From: Aureliella sp.
GTDB taxonomy: Bacteria > Planctomycetota > Planctomycetia > Pirellulales > Pirellulaceae
Reading direction: 5' to 3'
Assembly (NCBI GenBank): GCA_963691875.1
Contig: OY829846.1
Span: 2,272,001-2,336,000, forward strand
DNA length: 64,000 bases
Shown piece after piece: positions 51,201 to 62,087 of the stretch. Made by a program: the position numbers and the translations under genes. Each line of letters starts with the position of its first letter. The first letter of the stretch is position 1. The notes under the pieces were generated by a model. It searched no databases, was not told the DNA's origin, and was given only the letters and a program-made list of their open reading frames with translations.

Positions 51201-51745
51201 AAAAAGAACTGATGTCGCCAGAGGATCGAAAGGAACCCGAAACAATCAACAACATCGCCTTGGAAAAGGAGCTGTTGGAGCAAACTCCGGCCCAGATCGC
51301 CAAGCTCGCCATGGAGCGTGGCAAGGCAAGGCTTGGGAAGAGCTTATTCTACAACTCTGCTGCAGCTTGCTTCGCCTGCCATGACCCTCCAGGCAACGCG
51401 CCAAAGATGGGCCCCGACCTGACGAAACTCACCAAGGACATGACTCCAGAAGATTGGGTTACCGCGGTCTTGCAGCCATCCAAACAAATCGACAAGAAGT
51501 TTGCTCAGGTTAACGTGCTGACGGCAGACGATGAAATCTTGACTGGAATCCGCATTTCCGAGGACGATGACTCTATCGTGCTTCGTAATGTGGCTGATCC
51601 GAATCCGATCACGATTGCAAAAGAAGACATCGAAGCAATCAAGGAGTCGAAGACTTCGATGATGCCAGCAGGCTTGGTCAAGTCACTGAAGAGTCGCCAA
51701 GAATTCGACGACCTGATGAAGTATCTCATCGGCCTAAAGAAGTAA
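48224..51745 (+). CDS. PVC-type heme-binding protein: SGNH-like + sorbosone-dehydrogenase-like propeller + HEAT + two cytochrome c domains
   Basis: Signal peptide; DTDGDDVAD propeller repeats; CATCH and CFACH heme motifs; C-terminal SMMPAGL...DLMKYL. Confidence 0.92.
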   Translation: MRTLPLEVSPTRDPLKSSLAWILSTSILAFGLNLAWAPPALADSPFEFKQDDVVAIFGNGLADRMQHSPWVETMLQANLKGKKVRFRNMSFSGDIVNQRPRNKGFTNDAEYLQHVAPDVVWIMYGYNESHGGPDGASAYQTELVNLVAKYRELRKQDGVDARFVLFSPIAYENTGSPHLPKGDDLNRNLQAYAEATRKAADESGAKYVDLFTPTLRLFEASDEQLTLNGIHLNAKGYHHLAEVISDELVGETDSSTSTHQLIYDAIKDKNWHWHNRYRATDGNDIWGSRSGLSFVNGQTNADVLVHELKMLDLMTANRDSVIWEAAEGKTLEVDDSNVPQPVVVKTNVGGGSKSSNKDKEGSTSYLSPEESLAKIAVPEGFELNIFASEEMFPDLANPVQLQVDTKGRLWAASWNSYPKWQPGDELIDSLMIFEDTDNDGVADKRKIFAHVHNPLGFEFWGGGVLVTSGPDLLFLKDTDGDDVADVRFPILQGLGTSDTHHAANNLIYGPDGGIYWQSGIFLVHNHETPWKRNLNVGGSGMYRFDPRTFAITPIAANSPNPHGTSFDRWGYLYANDGTGGKSYQVRPKNDGFQMHSLLAKEFRPVPANEILSSAHFPEDMQQDFLILNVIGFLGIKQYDLDRGDGGKRPYGQVWGTPQKELLNGADRNFRPSDAIVGEDGALYVADWHNMIIGHMQHNIRDPSRDHKHGRILRLTVKDRPLQKPVAIHGEPIAKLLENLKHPVDGVRQRTRVELSSRDSDEVIAAAQAWAADFDPNDEEEAHHILEALWLHQQHNVKNQELLAKLLDSEVGHAATAAGIVQHFWTKFDARLASSFAANPEMHVVNYRPPRHLDKKFHGVYKKGSGIFQRESHCATCHQTSGQGSGSVYPPLVGGPWVNGDEERLIKLALHGMWGKMNVRGKTYDPTRGVPPMTAFRDLLKDDELAAVLTFVRNTWGNKASVIDAETVARVRAESASRTTFWKPAELEKLHPLEKELMSPEDRKEPETINNIALEKELLEQTPAQIAKLAMERGKARLGKSLFYNSAAACFACHDPPGNAPKMGPDLTKLTKDMTPEDWVTAVLQPSKQIDKKFAQVNVLTADDEILTGIRISEDDDSIVLRNVADPNPITIAKEDIEAIKESKTSMMPAGLVKSLKSRQEFDDLMKYLIGLKK

Positions 51746-51847
51746 GTTTCGGCTAAGAAATTACAATGACACCCTTCCGCTTGCTGGGGGGTGTCGGCTG
51801 CGACGTGGAGGGAGCACGCTTCTATCGAGATGCTGGGAGAACAGCAA

Positions 51848-52373
51848 ATGAACACTCCCACTCATGCTCTCATCAAGTGGACCGTGGGCAAGTCTTTAGG
51901 ACGGAGTCGTTTCCGGCAAGTGCCGTTTTGATCGGCTCGGTCGCACCAGACATTCCGTTGTACTTCTTGTCGATCGGCGGGGGACTCTGGTTTCGAATTG
52001 TACAAGGCTGGGATCCAGCAGAGATCCATGGTGGATCAGCCTTTACAACCTGCTTCATTCGCCGCTTGTCTTGATCGTCGCTCTCATCGCACTCTACTTT
52101 GGACTCGGCTACACGGCCTTTATCAAATCTTGGTGGGTCTGGTTTCTCGGCTCGTGTTTCCTTCACACTCTGCTGGACATCCCGTTGCACCACGACGATG
52201 GGCCTTTACTTTTCTGGCCATTGAATTGGAGTTATCGCTACGCCAGCCCGCTGAGCTATTGGGACATGAACCACTATGCGTATATCGTCATGCCGGTCGA
52301 AGGCGCAATATTTCTTCTGCTGCTCGGACGTATCGTCTGGCAATGGCTTCGCCCCGACAGTCTATCGGAATAG
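51848..52373 (+). pseudogene. Membrane metal-dependent hydrolase (YdjM-like) disrupted by two frameshifts
   Basis: MNTPTHAL (frame 1), GSVAPDIPLY (frame 2), DPWWISLYNLLHSP..HTLLDIPLHHDDGP..SPLSYWD (frame 3); breaks near 51900 and 52022. Confidence 0.8.
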
Positions 52374-52769
52374 ACCATCAAGACCAGGGTCCAACTAGCA
52401 CAGCCAAATTCCGTGTACGAATAGCTATCGAGGTGTTCCGATGTATGAAGACGAAGGGATCATAGAAGCCCTCCGTCAGCTTTTCCTATCAATGCCAGCC
52501 TCGGTGCATTCAGCCTTTTCAATGGTTTCATTCTAGCGACAAAAAGCCAGGGAGCCGGTGTTTCCAAAGGTTGGCTGGTAATTGGCACCTTAGTGGTTCT
52601 TCTCACCAGGCTCCCAGCCGTGCGTTTTCTCTGCCTAGACGTCATGCAATAAAAAGCTCATCGGCATTCTACGAACAAGAGTCGGATATTAGCACTTTTC
52701 GAAACCGACAACGCTCGGTCAAAAACTCGCTACACTGCTTCTATTCCGTTTTAGTGTAGGGAGAAAAAC

Positions 52770-54107
52770 ATGACCTCGAAGATCAAACGTCGCCAGTTTC
52801 AGCAACTAGCCGCCGGTAGTTTGCTGGCTGCCGCAAGTAGTCAACGCGTGCACTCAGCTGGAACGGCGAAGCTTCGGGTCGCCTTTATCGGAGTGGGCGG
52901 ACGTGGCGGATCCAATCTGAGAACGGTAGCCAAAGATCCTGAAGTCGAAGTCGCCTATCTGTGCGATGTGGACCAGCGGCGAGTCGACGCGGCAAAGAGG
53001 CTGTATCCAGACGCGAAGACGCTGCGAGATTTCCGCAAATTGTACGAGGAGGACGACTTCGATGCTGTGGTTGTTAGTACCTGTGAGCACACGCATGCTT
53101 ACGCGACTTTACCTGCATTGCATCGCAAGAAGCATGTGTACTGCGAAAAGCCGCTCACGCACAACATCCACGAAGCTCGCCTTGTCACGCAAGCTGCAGC
53201 TCACGCAGGCGTTGCTACGCAGATGGGGACTCAGATTCATGCTGGCGCTAATTACCGCCGTGTAGTTGAGCTCATTCAAGGTGGTGCGATAGGGAATGTC
53301 ACCGAAGCGCATGTCTGGGTGGGCCGTGCTTGGGGACTGCAGAGTGCTCAAGCAGCAAAAGCCAACAAGGATATTGTTCACGTTACCGAACTTCCCACTA
53401 AGGAAATGCCGGTTCCGGAGTACTTGGATTGGGATTTATGGCTTGGTCCAGCTGCCTACAGACCATTTAATCCGGTCTATTTCCCTGGTCCCAAATGGTA
53501 TCGCTGGTGGGAGTTCGGTAATGGCACCATGTCCGACCTAGGCAGTCATTGGAACGACTTGCCCTATTGGGCTTTGCAGCTAGATGCCCCAACTACGGTG
53601 AAAGCGAGTGGTCCGGAGCCGCATCCTGAAATCGCCCCTGCCTCGATGATGGCAGAGTATCAGTATGGACCGCGAGTTGACATGCCAGCCTGCTCGCTGA
53701 CTTGGTATCAAGGGACCTATAAACCCGAGCGATGGAAGAACAAGGAGATACCGCAGTGGGGCAGCGGCGTACTCTTCGTTGGTGACAAAGGAATGCTGCT
53801 GAGCAATTACGGCAAGCATGTCCTTTTGCCTGAAGCCAAATTCAAGGACTTTAAACGGCCTGAACCATTCATCAAAGACTCGCCCGGACAACACAAAGAG
53901 TGGTTGATTGCCTGTCGCGAAGGCACTCCGACAGGCAGCGATTTTTCTTATGCAGGACCATTGACCGAAGCCAATCACTTGGGCAACGTCGCCTTCCGCG
54001 CGGGCGGCACGATCCAGTGGCATGCCGAACGAATGCGTGTCACCAATGTCAACTCTGCCAACCGCTTCTGCCGACGCACTCCGCGCGAGGGTTGGAAACT
54101 AGAATAA
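52770..54107 (+). CDS. Gfo/Idh/MocA family oxidoreductase with Tat signal
   Basis: KRRQF leader; IGVGGRG, YCEKPL and DLGSHWND motifs. Confidence 0.93.
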   Translation: MTSKIKRRQFQQLAAGSLLAAASSQRVHSAGTAKLRVAFIGVGGRGGSNLRTVAKDPEVEVAYLCDVDQRRVDAAKRLYPDAKTLRDFRKLYEEDDFDAVVVSTCEHTHAYATLPALHRKKHVYCEKPLTHNIHEARLVTQAAAHAGVATQMGTQIHAGANYRRVVELIQGGAIGNVTEAHVWVGRAWGLQSAQAAKANKDIVHVTELPTKEMPVPEYLDWDLWLGPAAYRPFNPVYFPGPKWYRWWEFGNGTMSDLGSHWNDLPYWALQLDAPTTVKASGPEPHPEIAPASMMAEYQYGPRVDMPACSLTWYQGTYKPERWKNKEIPQWGSGVLFVGDKGMLLSNYGKHVLLPEAKFKDFKRPEPFIKDSPGQHKEWLIACREGTPTGSDFSYAGPLTEANHLGNVAFRAGGTIQWHAERMRVTNVNSANRFCRRTPREGWKLE

Positions 54108-54130
54108 GCGGTTGGCGACCGGCTGTGTCA

Positions 54131-56941
54131 TCAGCGGCTTTTCGTGGATACATTCAGCTCTTGGAGAAATGCGAGCAAGTCCGCCAACTCCTGTGCGGTG
54201 AGTTCCGCTGCCAATCCATTGGGCATCAGCGAGCTCTTTAATTGCTTGCGTACCTCGACGTCGTCCGGATGGGCTCGCTGCTCTTTCCCGTCTGCTGAAC
54301 GTAGAACAATCGCATGCTCGCCTTGTTCAATCAACAGGCCAGTGAGAACTTGGCCGTCAACCGTCAGAATGCTCTGCGTTAGGTATTGGGGTTCAATCTT
54401 CTGCGATGGTGACAAAATACTGGCTAGCAGCTCCTCGCTACTTCGTTTGGGCAATTTGTCGAGATCGGGGCCAAGCATCGTGCCTTGTCCATTCAAACGA
54501 TGGCAGTTCCGACACTGGGAAACCTTTGAGTTGAGGAAGCGTTCTCGCCCGCGATCCGCATTGCCTTGCATGGCCAGAATCGCGTCGGCGTCGATTGAAT
54601 TGCCAAGTCGCTGAGTTCGTTGGGATGCGGGCAAAAGACGGTCGTACAGGCCAATTGTGATTGCATCAGCCCGCTGTTTCTTGCTCATCGCAGACGCTTG
54701 TCTTTCCTCTGGCGTCAGTTTCAGCAACTGATGAAAGTTACGCAAAGCAACAACTGTTGGATTTCCATCATCGACTTTCGATTTGCCTAGCGAAGTGATC
54801 CAATCGTGCACCAATTGCAAACCCGCTTCATCATTGTCTCGAGTCCACAACTTTGGCATGTGCCCCTTGCCGGCTGTCGCCATGCGATAGTAGAGAATCG
54901 ATGAGTAGGGATCTCCTGGCGAGATGACTTGGGACGCCTCCAATCCAAAACCGCCTTGGGTAGTAGGAAAACTCAAAGCTTTGATTTGTTCGTTGGTATT
55001 GGAGAAGACGAGATCCAACGCAACCGTGCCGCCACCACCGCGGCGATGGCAATGCGCACAGTTTGCGTGCAAGTACGATCGAGCGCGGTCTTCGAGAGGC
55101 TGAGTCATGTCGTGAGGATTCACCATCTGCTTCAAATTCCATGATGACGGAGCTGGTTTGTCTAGCAGATTCAATCTCACCACCTGCTCTACCCCATCTC
55201 CCTCCTCTCCAACGATCCGAAGCATATTTTGGTAAGAAAAGGACAAGGCCCCGCCCGTTTGATTCGTATGGCAAGCAAGGCACTCCGCGCGGCTATGATG
55301 CCGCCACTTTAGAAGCTCCGGTTTCCCCGTCGCCGAAGCAATTTCGTACTCGGTGAAGCCGCCTTCACCGCTCACCAGCGATGCATCTTTTTGATCTTCT
55401 CCCCAGCGGTAGCAGTATGGCTGCCAAGTCAAACCATCGTGATGCAGAATCTGAGTTTCAATTCTTCGATTCTCTGGCTTGCCGTTCACCAGAACTTCGC
55501 GCGAAATCGTTTTGGCAAAAACCGAGTTGACCGGATACTTCCAGTTTCGCTTTCGTTTCTGGGACTGAATCTGCCCGTGGCCGGGCACCGCCAGCAATAA
55601 CTGATTGGTCGTCCCGCCTTGGTAGGCTGTGGCGGCAATTTCATACTCGTAGACACCGGACGAAGGTTCAAGCGTCTCGAGGGAGGTAAACAAACCTGTC
55701 TCGCTAAGCTTTGTGGGAAACACGCTGGGACGACCTCCCTTCGGGTTTGCAACAAGTTTGTAAATCTCCCCCGTGAAGCTCATCACAAGCACTTCGTGCT
55801 TGCGGGTTTCCGCAAAGGAAATGATTGGCAGTCCTGTTTCACCAAGCAGTTTGTTGTATTTGGTTTGTTCGCCTTCTTTTTCGGGATCGAAACGCAGCCC
55901 CCAGAGCAACCCGGTGACATAGTCTCCATATAAATAAGTGCCTTGCAGTTCTGGATTCTCTTCGCCTCGATAGACAACTCCGCCCGTGACCGACAAGCCT
56001 TCGGTGTGCGGATAGGCTACAAGAGGCTTTCGAATCGGTGTCGGGCCGGGCTGCACATCGCCACGAATTGGTTGTGGCCCTTCCATAATCGGCCAGCCAT
56101 AGTTCGCGCCACATTGGACGTGAAAGATCATCTCCCAAAGTTCCCAACCGACGTCACCGCAGATCAGCTGGTCGTTGGGGGCAATGCAGAATCGCCAAGG
56201 ATTTCGGAAGCCGTAGGCCCAGATCTCTGGTCTCGCTCCGCTGCGATTGCGAAAGGGATTGTCGACAGGAATGGAATAATTCTTGCCTTCACTTGGATTG
56301 TCTACGTCAATTCGGCAGATTGTCGAGCGGAGGTCTGACAAGTTTTGGCCAACGTCGTATTCATCCGGCGGGTAAGGCTTCGCTCCATCGCCAGCCGAAA
56401 AATACATCAAGCCTTGCGAGTCGAAACGAATCGAACAGCCGTTGTGTCCGCCCGAAGCCCAGGTGAGAAGGATTTCTTCCGATGCAATATCGAGTGCTGG
56501 TGTCTCGCCGAGCTGCATCGTGAAACGTGACAACTTGGTTCCGTCGGGTTTCGCAACGGGATTCTCTGCGTAGCACACGAAGACTTGATTGTTCTTTGCA
56601 AATTCGGGGTGAGGGCGAATGGAAAGTGCTCGAACGAAATCCTTCGAACACTCACGCAGATTTGCAATCTGAATAGGCGTTGAGCAGTCTTTCTTATCTT
56701 CAAACAGAAATACTTTGCCGCCCACTTCCAGCAGCAACATCCAATTTGTCCCCGGCAGTGGGCACAACTCGACAGGCTGGTTGAACTGCAAATCCGGATA
56801 AGCAGGCTCGATAGTGAAGGGCTTGGCCGGCTCAGGAGACCCCGTGGTCCGCGAGTTGGTCCAAGGTACTCTTTCGCCTGCCGAGAGCGGGTCGGAAACA
56901 AGAAGACCAAACAGCAGAACCCAGGAGATTGAGAGCTTCAT
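54131..56941 (-). CDS. PQQ-dependent glucose/sorbosone-dehydrogenase-like protein with three CxxCH heme motifs
   Basis: GHNG, EIWAYGFRNPWRF, GDVG and NYGWP propeller motifs; CLACH, CAHCH and CRNCH; signal peptide. Confidence 0.92.
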   Translation of the reverse strand: MKLSISWVLLFGLLVSDPLSAGERVPWTNSRTTGSPEPAKPFTIEPAYPDLQFNQPVELCPLPGTNWMLLLEVGGKVFLFEDKKDCSTPIQIANLRECSKDFVRALSIRPHPEFAKNNQVFVCYAENPVAKPDGTKLSRFTMQLGETPALDIASEEILLTWASGGHNGCSIRFDSQGLMYFSAGDGAKPYPPDEYDVGQNLSDLRSTICRIDVDNPSEGKNYSIPVDNPFRNRSGARPEIWAYGFRNPWRFCIAPNDQLICGDVGWELWEMIFHVQCGANYGWPIMEGPQPIRGDVQPGPTPIRKPLVAYPHTEGLSVTGGVVYRGEENPELQGTYLYGDYVTGLLWGLRFDPEKEGEQTKYNKLLGETGLPIISFAETRKHEVLVMSFTGEIYKLVANPKGGRPSVFPTKLSETGLFTSLETLEPSSGVYEYEIAATAYQGGTTNQLLLAVPGHGQIQSQKRKRNWKYPVNSVFAKTISREVLVNGKPENRRIETQILHHDGLTWQPYCYRWGEDQKDASLVSGEGGFTEYEIASATGKPELLKWRHHSRAECLACHTNQTGGALSFSYQNMLRIVGEEGDGVEQVVRLNLLDKPAPSSWNLKQMVNPHDMTQPLEDRARSYLHANCAHCHRRGGGGTVALDLVFSNTNEQIKALSFPTTQGGFGLEASQVISPGDPYSSILYYRMATAGKGHMPKLWTRDNDEAGLQLVHDWITSLGKSKVDDGNPTVVALRNFHQLLKLTPEERQASAMSKKQRADAITIGLYDRLLPASQRTQRLGNSIDADAILAMQGNADRGRERFLNSKVSQCRNCHRLNGQGTMLGPDLDKLPKRSSEELLASILSPSQKIEPQYLTQSILTVDGQVLTGLLIEQGEHAIVLRSADGKEQRAHPDDVEVRKQLKSSLMPNGLAAELTAQELADLLAFLQELNVSTKSR

Positions 56942-57092
56942 GGCTGAAAATGATGTCGAAGGACGAGAAGGAGTTGGAAATGAGGCGGCTAGAACGCATA
57001 ATTCTAACCGATTGCATTCGACATAGCCTACTTTGCGGTGTGATCAACTCATAACAGACGTTATTTCAACCCCCTTTGGAATCCTTCAAAAC

Positions 57093-58484
57093 ATGCCAAT
57101 GCGAACCCCAGTCTCGTTGTGCTTTCTGTTTTTTCTTTGTCTTGGTCTTATTCGTTGCACCGATGCAGCGGATGCTAGCTCGAAGCCAAACATCGTCTAC
57201 ATCTTGCTTGACGATGCTGGCTGGGGCGATCTTTCTTGCTACGGGCAGAGCAAGTTCGCAACGCCAAACATCGATCGCTTGGCCAAGGAGGGGATGCGTT
57301 TTACGCAGCACTATTCAGGTTCGACCGTATGTGCTCCAACACGTTGCTGCCTGATGACAGGTGTTCACACAGGGCATTCTTACGTGCGTGGCAATCGCGA
57401 GGTGAAGCCAGAGGGCCAATCTCCTATGCCCGCTGATATTGTTACGGTCCCAAGACTAATGCGAGAGGCCGGATACGTCACAGGAGCTTTTGGGAAATGG
57501 GGCTTGGGATCACCGAGTTCGCCGAGCGATCCAGCCGAGCACTTTGACTTATTCTACGGTTACAATTGCCAACGCGAGGCTCACACTTACTATCCCAAGC
57601 ACCTATGGAAGAACAAGGAAAAAATTTCCTTCGACGGCAAGACGCACTCGGCAGATATAATCCAAGCCGCTGCGTTGGACTTCATTCGAGATAACAAAGA
57701 CAAGCCATTCTTTGTCTTCCTGCCCGTAACAATTCCGCATGCTGCGATGCACGCTACTGAAAAGTATGCCAAGCCATTCCGCAAGAAGTTTTCTCAGTTC
57801 GAGCAGAAGACCGGCAAGTATGCCGGGACGACTGTCAACAATCCCATCGCGGCCTTCGCAGGTATGATGACACAGGTTGATGATCACGTCGGCCAAGTTC
57901 TCGAACTACTCGAAGAGTTGGACCTGGATGACAAGACGCTTGTTATGCTCAGCAGTGACAATGGTCCTCACATGGAAGGCGGGCACGACCCCAAGTTTTT
58001 CGATAGCAACGGACCTTTGAAGGGACACAAGCGAGATCTCTACGAAGGCGGTGTCCGAGCTCCTTTATTGGCTCGCTGGCCGGGCAAGATCAAGGCTGGC
58101 GTAGAAAGCGAGCTAATTTCGGCTCACTGGGATATGCTTCCAACTTTCTGCGAGCTGGGTGGAGCGAAAACGCCTGAAGGTATCGACGGGATCTCCGTGG
58201 TCAATGAATTGTTCGGCAAGTCGCAGCAGCAGCACGAATACTTGTACTGGGAATTCTATGAGCGAGGCGGCAAGCGTGCAGCGCGATTCGGCGACTGGAA
58301 AGCGGTACAGCTGAACATCAATAAGGATAAGAATGCGCCGATTGAACTCTACTACTTGCCAGACGATATCGGTGAAGAGAACGACATCGCCGCTGACAAT
58401 GCCGAAAAAGTGGCGGAAGCCAAAGCCATTTTCACCGACGCTCACACGCCTTCCGAGTTCTGGGCATTCGGCAAGAAAAAGTAG
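57093..58484 (+). CDS. Arylsulfatase (Cys-type sulfatase)
   Basis: KPNIVYILLDD, CAPTR (CxPxR), GKWGLG, SSDNG and YEGGVR motifs; signal peptide; start 57093 or 57099. Confidence 0.95.
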   Translation: MPMRTPVSLCFLFFLCLGLIRCTDAADASSKPNIVYILLDDAGWGDLSCYGQSKFATPNIDRLAKEGMRFTQHYSGSTVCAPTRCCLMTGVHTGHSYVRGNREVKPEGQSPMPADIVTVPRLMREAGYVTGAFGKWGLGSPSSPSDPAEHFDLFYGYNCQREAHTYYPKHLWKNKEKISFDGKTHSADIIQAAALDFIRDNKDKPFFVFLPVTIPHAAMHATEKYAKPFRKKFSQFEQKTGKYAGTTVNNPIAAFAGMMTQVDDHVGQVLELLEELDLDDKTLVMLSSDNGPHMEGGHDPKFFDSNGPLKGHKRDLYEGGVRAPLLARWPGKIKAGVESELISAHWDMLPTFCELGGAKTPEGIDGISVVNELFGKSQQQHEYLYWEFYERGGKRAARFGDWKAVQLNINKDKNAPIELYYLPDDIGEENDIAADNAEKVAEAKAIFTDAHTPSEFWAFGKKK

Positions 58485-58491
58485 CTAAGTC

Positions 58492-58558
58492 GTAGTGGGA
58501 TTTGCCAGCATTCTTCAGCCCCACTATTCCGAGGCCGGATTCTGGCCAAATCCACTAC
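58492..58558. repeat. Inverted REP-like doublet (REPIN-like hairpin) between convergent genes; may act as a terminator
   Basis: Left arm GTAGTGGGATTTGCCAGCATTC; right arm reverse complement GTAGTGGATTTGGCCAGAATCC; 23-nt spacer. Confidence 0.7.
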
Positions 58559-58586
58559 AACACATCTGTGTCTTTCGGGTTCGTCT

Positions 58587-59489
58587 CTAGGATGCCAAGT
58601 CCCTGAGATGGAAATGATATGGACCGAGTTTACCGCCGTAGTTGCCTGCGGTAATGCGGCACACCGCAGCCTCTGCTTGCAGACTCGCGATTCCTACTTT
58701 CATTGCTTCGGCTACGTCAACCTCGCTAAGTCCGTCGATGACAATCTCGTACACCGCATTTTCTTCTGCGGTGAGGTTTGAGTCCGAGGAACCTTTCAAA
58801 CTCGGGCACCATTTGTCGTTGGTACTTGCCTTGAGCTGCGGATACTTGGAACCCACTTTGGAGCCACTTCGAACAACGCCCGATGGAAAAGGCAAAATCA
58901 CGTTTGGAAGTTTGGCGATGGTATCGGCTGCTTTTCTTGCGGCGGCAAGCAGCGGTTTTCGTTCGCTGCCTGTCACGATCAAATTGCCACCTCCGATTCC
59001 TTTGCAAGTCGCTGCGACGTCGTCGATTACGAACTCGCCATCCATTGTCGGCACGCGCCAGTATCGCCGCGAGCCCAACTTCTTAGCGATCTGGTTTCCG
59101 TCACCAAAGTAGCGAAGTTGTGCTCCAAGCTTGATCGGTTTGCCAAGTAATTCGGCCGCAATGGCGTCGAGGCTTAAATCGGCGTAGCAAGCTGTACTAG
59201 GACAAGTAAGCACATTCTGACCGACGCGACCAACCACGGCAGACTCCAGCGCACTTCGGCTAAACGCGAATGCGAGTACTGAAATTCCGGGTCGCCCATC
59301 GATGGTCTGTGATGCGTCCAATTCTTCAGCAATGCCTGCTTCTAAATCGCAGCCGATCACACTGGATGCGTTCCCACAGAATGCCTCTGAAGCGATTCGT
59401 GCAAGCTCTGCGTCGTCAGCAGTGATTGCAAGCCGAGTAGCCGCCATCGGAAATGCTTCCGCAAAGCTGTCTTCAATTTTCGGACCCAT
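58587..59489 (-). CDS. fhcD: Formylmethanofuran--tetrahydromethanopterin N-formyltransferase (Ftr/FhcD)
   Basis: IEDSFAEAF, SVIGCDLEAG, GQNVLTCP, VVRSGSKVGSKY and AGNYGGKLG motifs. Confidence 0.95.
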   Translation of the reverse strand: MGPKIEDSFAEAFPMAATRLAITADDAELARIASEAFCGNASSVIGCDLEAGIAEELDASQTIDGRPGISVLAFAFSRSALESAVVGRVGQNVLTCPSTACYADLSLDAIAAELLGKPIKLGAQLRYFGDGNQIAKKLGSRRYWRVPTMDGEFVIDDVAATCKGIGGGNLIVTGSERKPLLAAARKAADTIAKLPNVILPFPSGVVRSGSKVGSKYPQLKASTNDKWCPSLKGSSDSNLTAEENAVYEIVIDGLSEVDVAEAMKVGIASLQAEAAVCRITAGNYGGKLGPYHFHLRDLAS

Positions 59490-60011
59490 ATCGATCGTTC
59501 ATAATACTGGCGAAGTTGGAGGCGGCTGTCAGAGAATCAGCCAACAAGAGTCATGCTATTACTCTATAGACGTAGCCGCAAGCCTAGGTCTCATACAGCG
59601 CGGTGCGCCGGTACGATCGATCCTCATAGCCTATGCCCAAGGGAGGTTTGAAGGATCAGGACAAACGGGCGAGTGACAAGGCGCCTGTGATCTCATGTTT
59701 TTGTTTGCCGCATCACCGTATGGCGTCGGGCTCTTCTCGAGTGCAGTGGACTTTTATCGCTGCCATTCCGCACCCATGCGGGACTGCAAACTAATATCCG
59801 CGACTAGCGTCTGAGCCACTCTCTGGCACAGCCTACTTTTCTGAACACATGGCCGCGCACAACCCTAACTTCGTAGACACGCGCGGGCGCCTCAGCTATG
59901 TTAGACTTTCCCTTCTGAGCCAAGTGCGGCCCGTAGTTCTATGGCGAAGCACTGCTGGCATCCCACCTCGAAGGTTCTCTTCTCAATTCGATCAAGACTG
60001 GTGCAGCATAC

Positions 60012-60752
60012 ATGAAGTGGACGCGCGGCGTAGTCAAACGCAAAGTAACCTGGGCGGAAGGTCTTTTTACGTTGGAGATCAAGGCCCCGGAAGTGGCGAG
60101 TTTTGAACCAGGACAATTTCTTCAACTAGGATTTGACGAGGCCGATGGTCACCTCCACCGTCCTTATAGCGTTGCTTCACCACACCGCGAAACGCTCGAC
60201 TTTTTTATCGTGTTGGTCGAAGACGGGCGGTTAACACCCAAACTTTGGAAGCTCGAAGAAGGCGCGGAGATCGACGTCAGCGCACGAGCAGCGGGAAGCT
60301 TCACGCTCAAACATTGTCCCGAAGAGAGTAAGTCGATTTGGCTTATCGCGACAGGTACTGGGCTGGCACCATACATTGCGATGATGCGAGAGCCGGAGGT
60401 TTGGGAACGCTACGAAAAAGTTGTCGTTGTCCATGGGGTGCGACATGGCTCCGACTTGGCGTATCAACCAGAGCTCATAGAGCATCGCGTGAAGTACGGC
60501 GATCGATTTGCCTACGTGCCCGTCGTGTCCCGCGAATCAGTCGATGGTGCGATCGAGGGACGAATCACCACTGCGATCACCAGTGGCGAGCTCGAAAAAA
60601 CATCGGGACTAGAATTTTCAACTGAGTCATGTGTGATGATGTGTGGCAATCCAGCAATGCTGGATGAAACCGAATCGCTGCTTGGTGAAAGAGGATTAAC
60701 GAAGCACAAGCGTAAGGAACCTGGGCAAATCGTAGTCGAGCGATACTGGTAG
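60012..60752 (+). CDS. fpr: Ferredoxin--NADP+ reductase (bacterial Fpr type)
   Basis: PGQF, RPYS, ATGTGLAPY and MCGNPAM motifs; C-terminal ERYW. Confidence 0.93.
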   Translation: MKWTRGVVKRKVTWAEGLFTLEIKAPEVASFEPGQFLQLGFDEADGHLHRPYSVASPHRETLDFFIVLVEDGRLTPKLWKLEEGAEIDVSARAAGSFTLKHCPEESKSIWLIATGTGLAPYIAMMREPEVWERYEKVVVVHGVRHGSDLAYQPELIEHRVKYGDRFAYVPVVSRESVDGAIEGRITTAITSGELEKTSGLEFSTESCVMMCGNPAMLDETESLLGERGLTKHKRKEPGQIVVERYW

Positions 60753-60782
60753 CTCGGAGACATTCGTTTAGGAATCGAAAAG

Positions 60783-62087
60783 ATGAAATCAAGGTTTACG
60801 AACTCTATTTCCCTGCCGGCGTCGGTCGGGTCAATACTGGTCTTCGCTTTGGCAACGCCGAGTCTGGCACAAGAGAAATTCACCAGCACAAGCGGTGGAT
60901 CGTGGAAGCAATTTCGCGGCGACAATACCAATGGGCTGGCTCTTGAAGCCAAACTACCGACGACCTGGTCTGAAAACGAAAACGTCGCTTGGCACACACC
61001 AATTCGTGGACGCGGCTGGTCTTCACCGATTGTCGACGGCAATGAAATCTGGCTGACAACGGCTACGAAAGATGGCAAAGAAATGTCAGCCCTATGTCTA
61101 GACCTGAATACAGGAAAAGTCCTCCACGACTTGCTGATGTTCACGAACACCGAAGTGCAGCCAGACCATCATGTCACAAATTCTTACGCTTCCCCCACGC
61201 CGATCATCGAGGGAGCTTACGTCTATGTGACCTTTGGAGCTTATGGTACAGCATGTCTAGAGCGCAGCAGCGGCAAGGTGCTATGGGAGCGCCGAGACCT
61301 TGAGTGCAATCACTATCGCGGGGCAGGCAGCTCTCCGATTCTCTATCGCGATCTGCTAATTTTTCACATGGACGGTTTCGATTATCAGTATGTAGTCGCA
61401 CTCAACAAAAAAAACGGCGAGACCGTTTGGCTTAAGAATCGTGATATCGACTATGGCAGCAACAACGGTGATTTCTTCAAGGCTTTTTCCACGCCGATTG
61501 TCATCTCCGTCGCCGGCCAGAATCAATTGATTAGTCCCGCAAGCAAGGCTTGCCTGGCCCTGGACCCGAATACTGGACAAGAGATCTGGCGTGTTCGATA
61601 TCAGGAACATTCGACTACAGTGCGACCACTTTTCGATGGCAAGCGGATTTACCTGAGCACAGGTTTTGGGAAAGCCAAAATGATGTGCGTGCGTGTTAAT
61701 GGCAAAGGTGACGTGACTGACACGCATGTGGACTGGGTACAGCCGAAAAGCATTGGATCGAAGCCAAGTCCCATCTTGGTCAACGATTTATTATTCGATG
61801 TTACCGACAATGGCGTGCTAGAGCGACTCAGCGTTGAGACTGGTGAGATCATTTGGAAGCGACGATTGCAAGGCAAGTTTAGTGCTTCCTTAGTTGCGGA
61901 CTCAAGCCACTTCTATGTGTTCAATCATGAAGGCAGTGGATGGGTGTTCACGCTCGATAAGGAACCGAAACTTATTTCAGAGAACATGCTTCCCAATGGC
62001 TGCAATGCCTCGCCAGCCATCGTGGGAAACTCGCTGATCGTTCGAACCCTGGATGGAATATATCGTATCAAACAGAAGGCAGAGTAA
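60783..62087 (+). CDS. PQQ-like beta-propeller repeat protein (BamB-like planctomycete family)
   Basis: Signal peptide; WKQFRG, GRGWSSP, YASPTP and ASPAI repeats. Confidence 0.9.
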   Translation: MKSRFTNSISLPASVGSILVFALATPSLAQEKFTSTSGGSWKQFRGDNTNGLALEAKLPTTWSENENVAWHTPIRGRGWSSPIVDGNEIWLTTATKDGKEMSALCLDLNTGKVLHDLLMFTNTEVQPDHHVTNSYASPTPIIEGAYVYVTFGAYGTACLERSSGKVLWERRDLECNHYRGAGSSPILYRDLLIFHMDGFDYQYVVALNKKNGETVWLKNRDIDYGSNNGDFFKAFSTPIVISVAGQNQLISPASKACLALDPNTGQEIWRVRYQEHSTTVRPLFDGKRIYLSTGFGKAKMMCVRVNGKGDVTDTHVDWVQPKSIGSKPSPILVNDLLFDVTDNGVLERLSVETGEIIWKRRLQGKFSASLVADSSHFYVFNHEGSGWVFTLDKEPKLISENMLPNGCNASPAIVGNSLIVRTLDGIYRIKQKAE

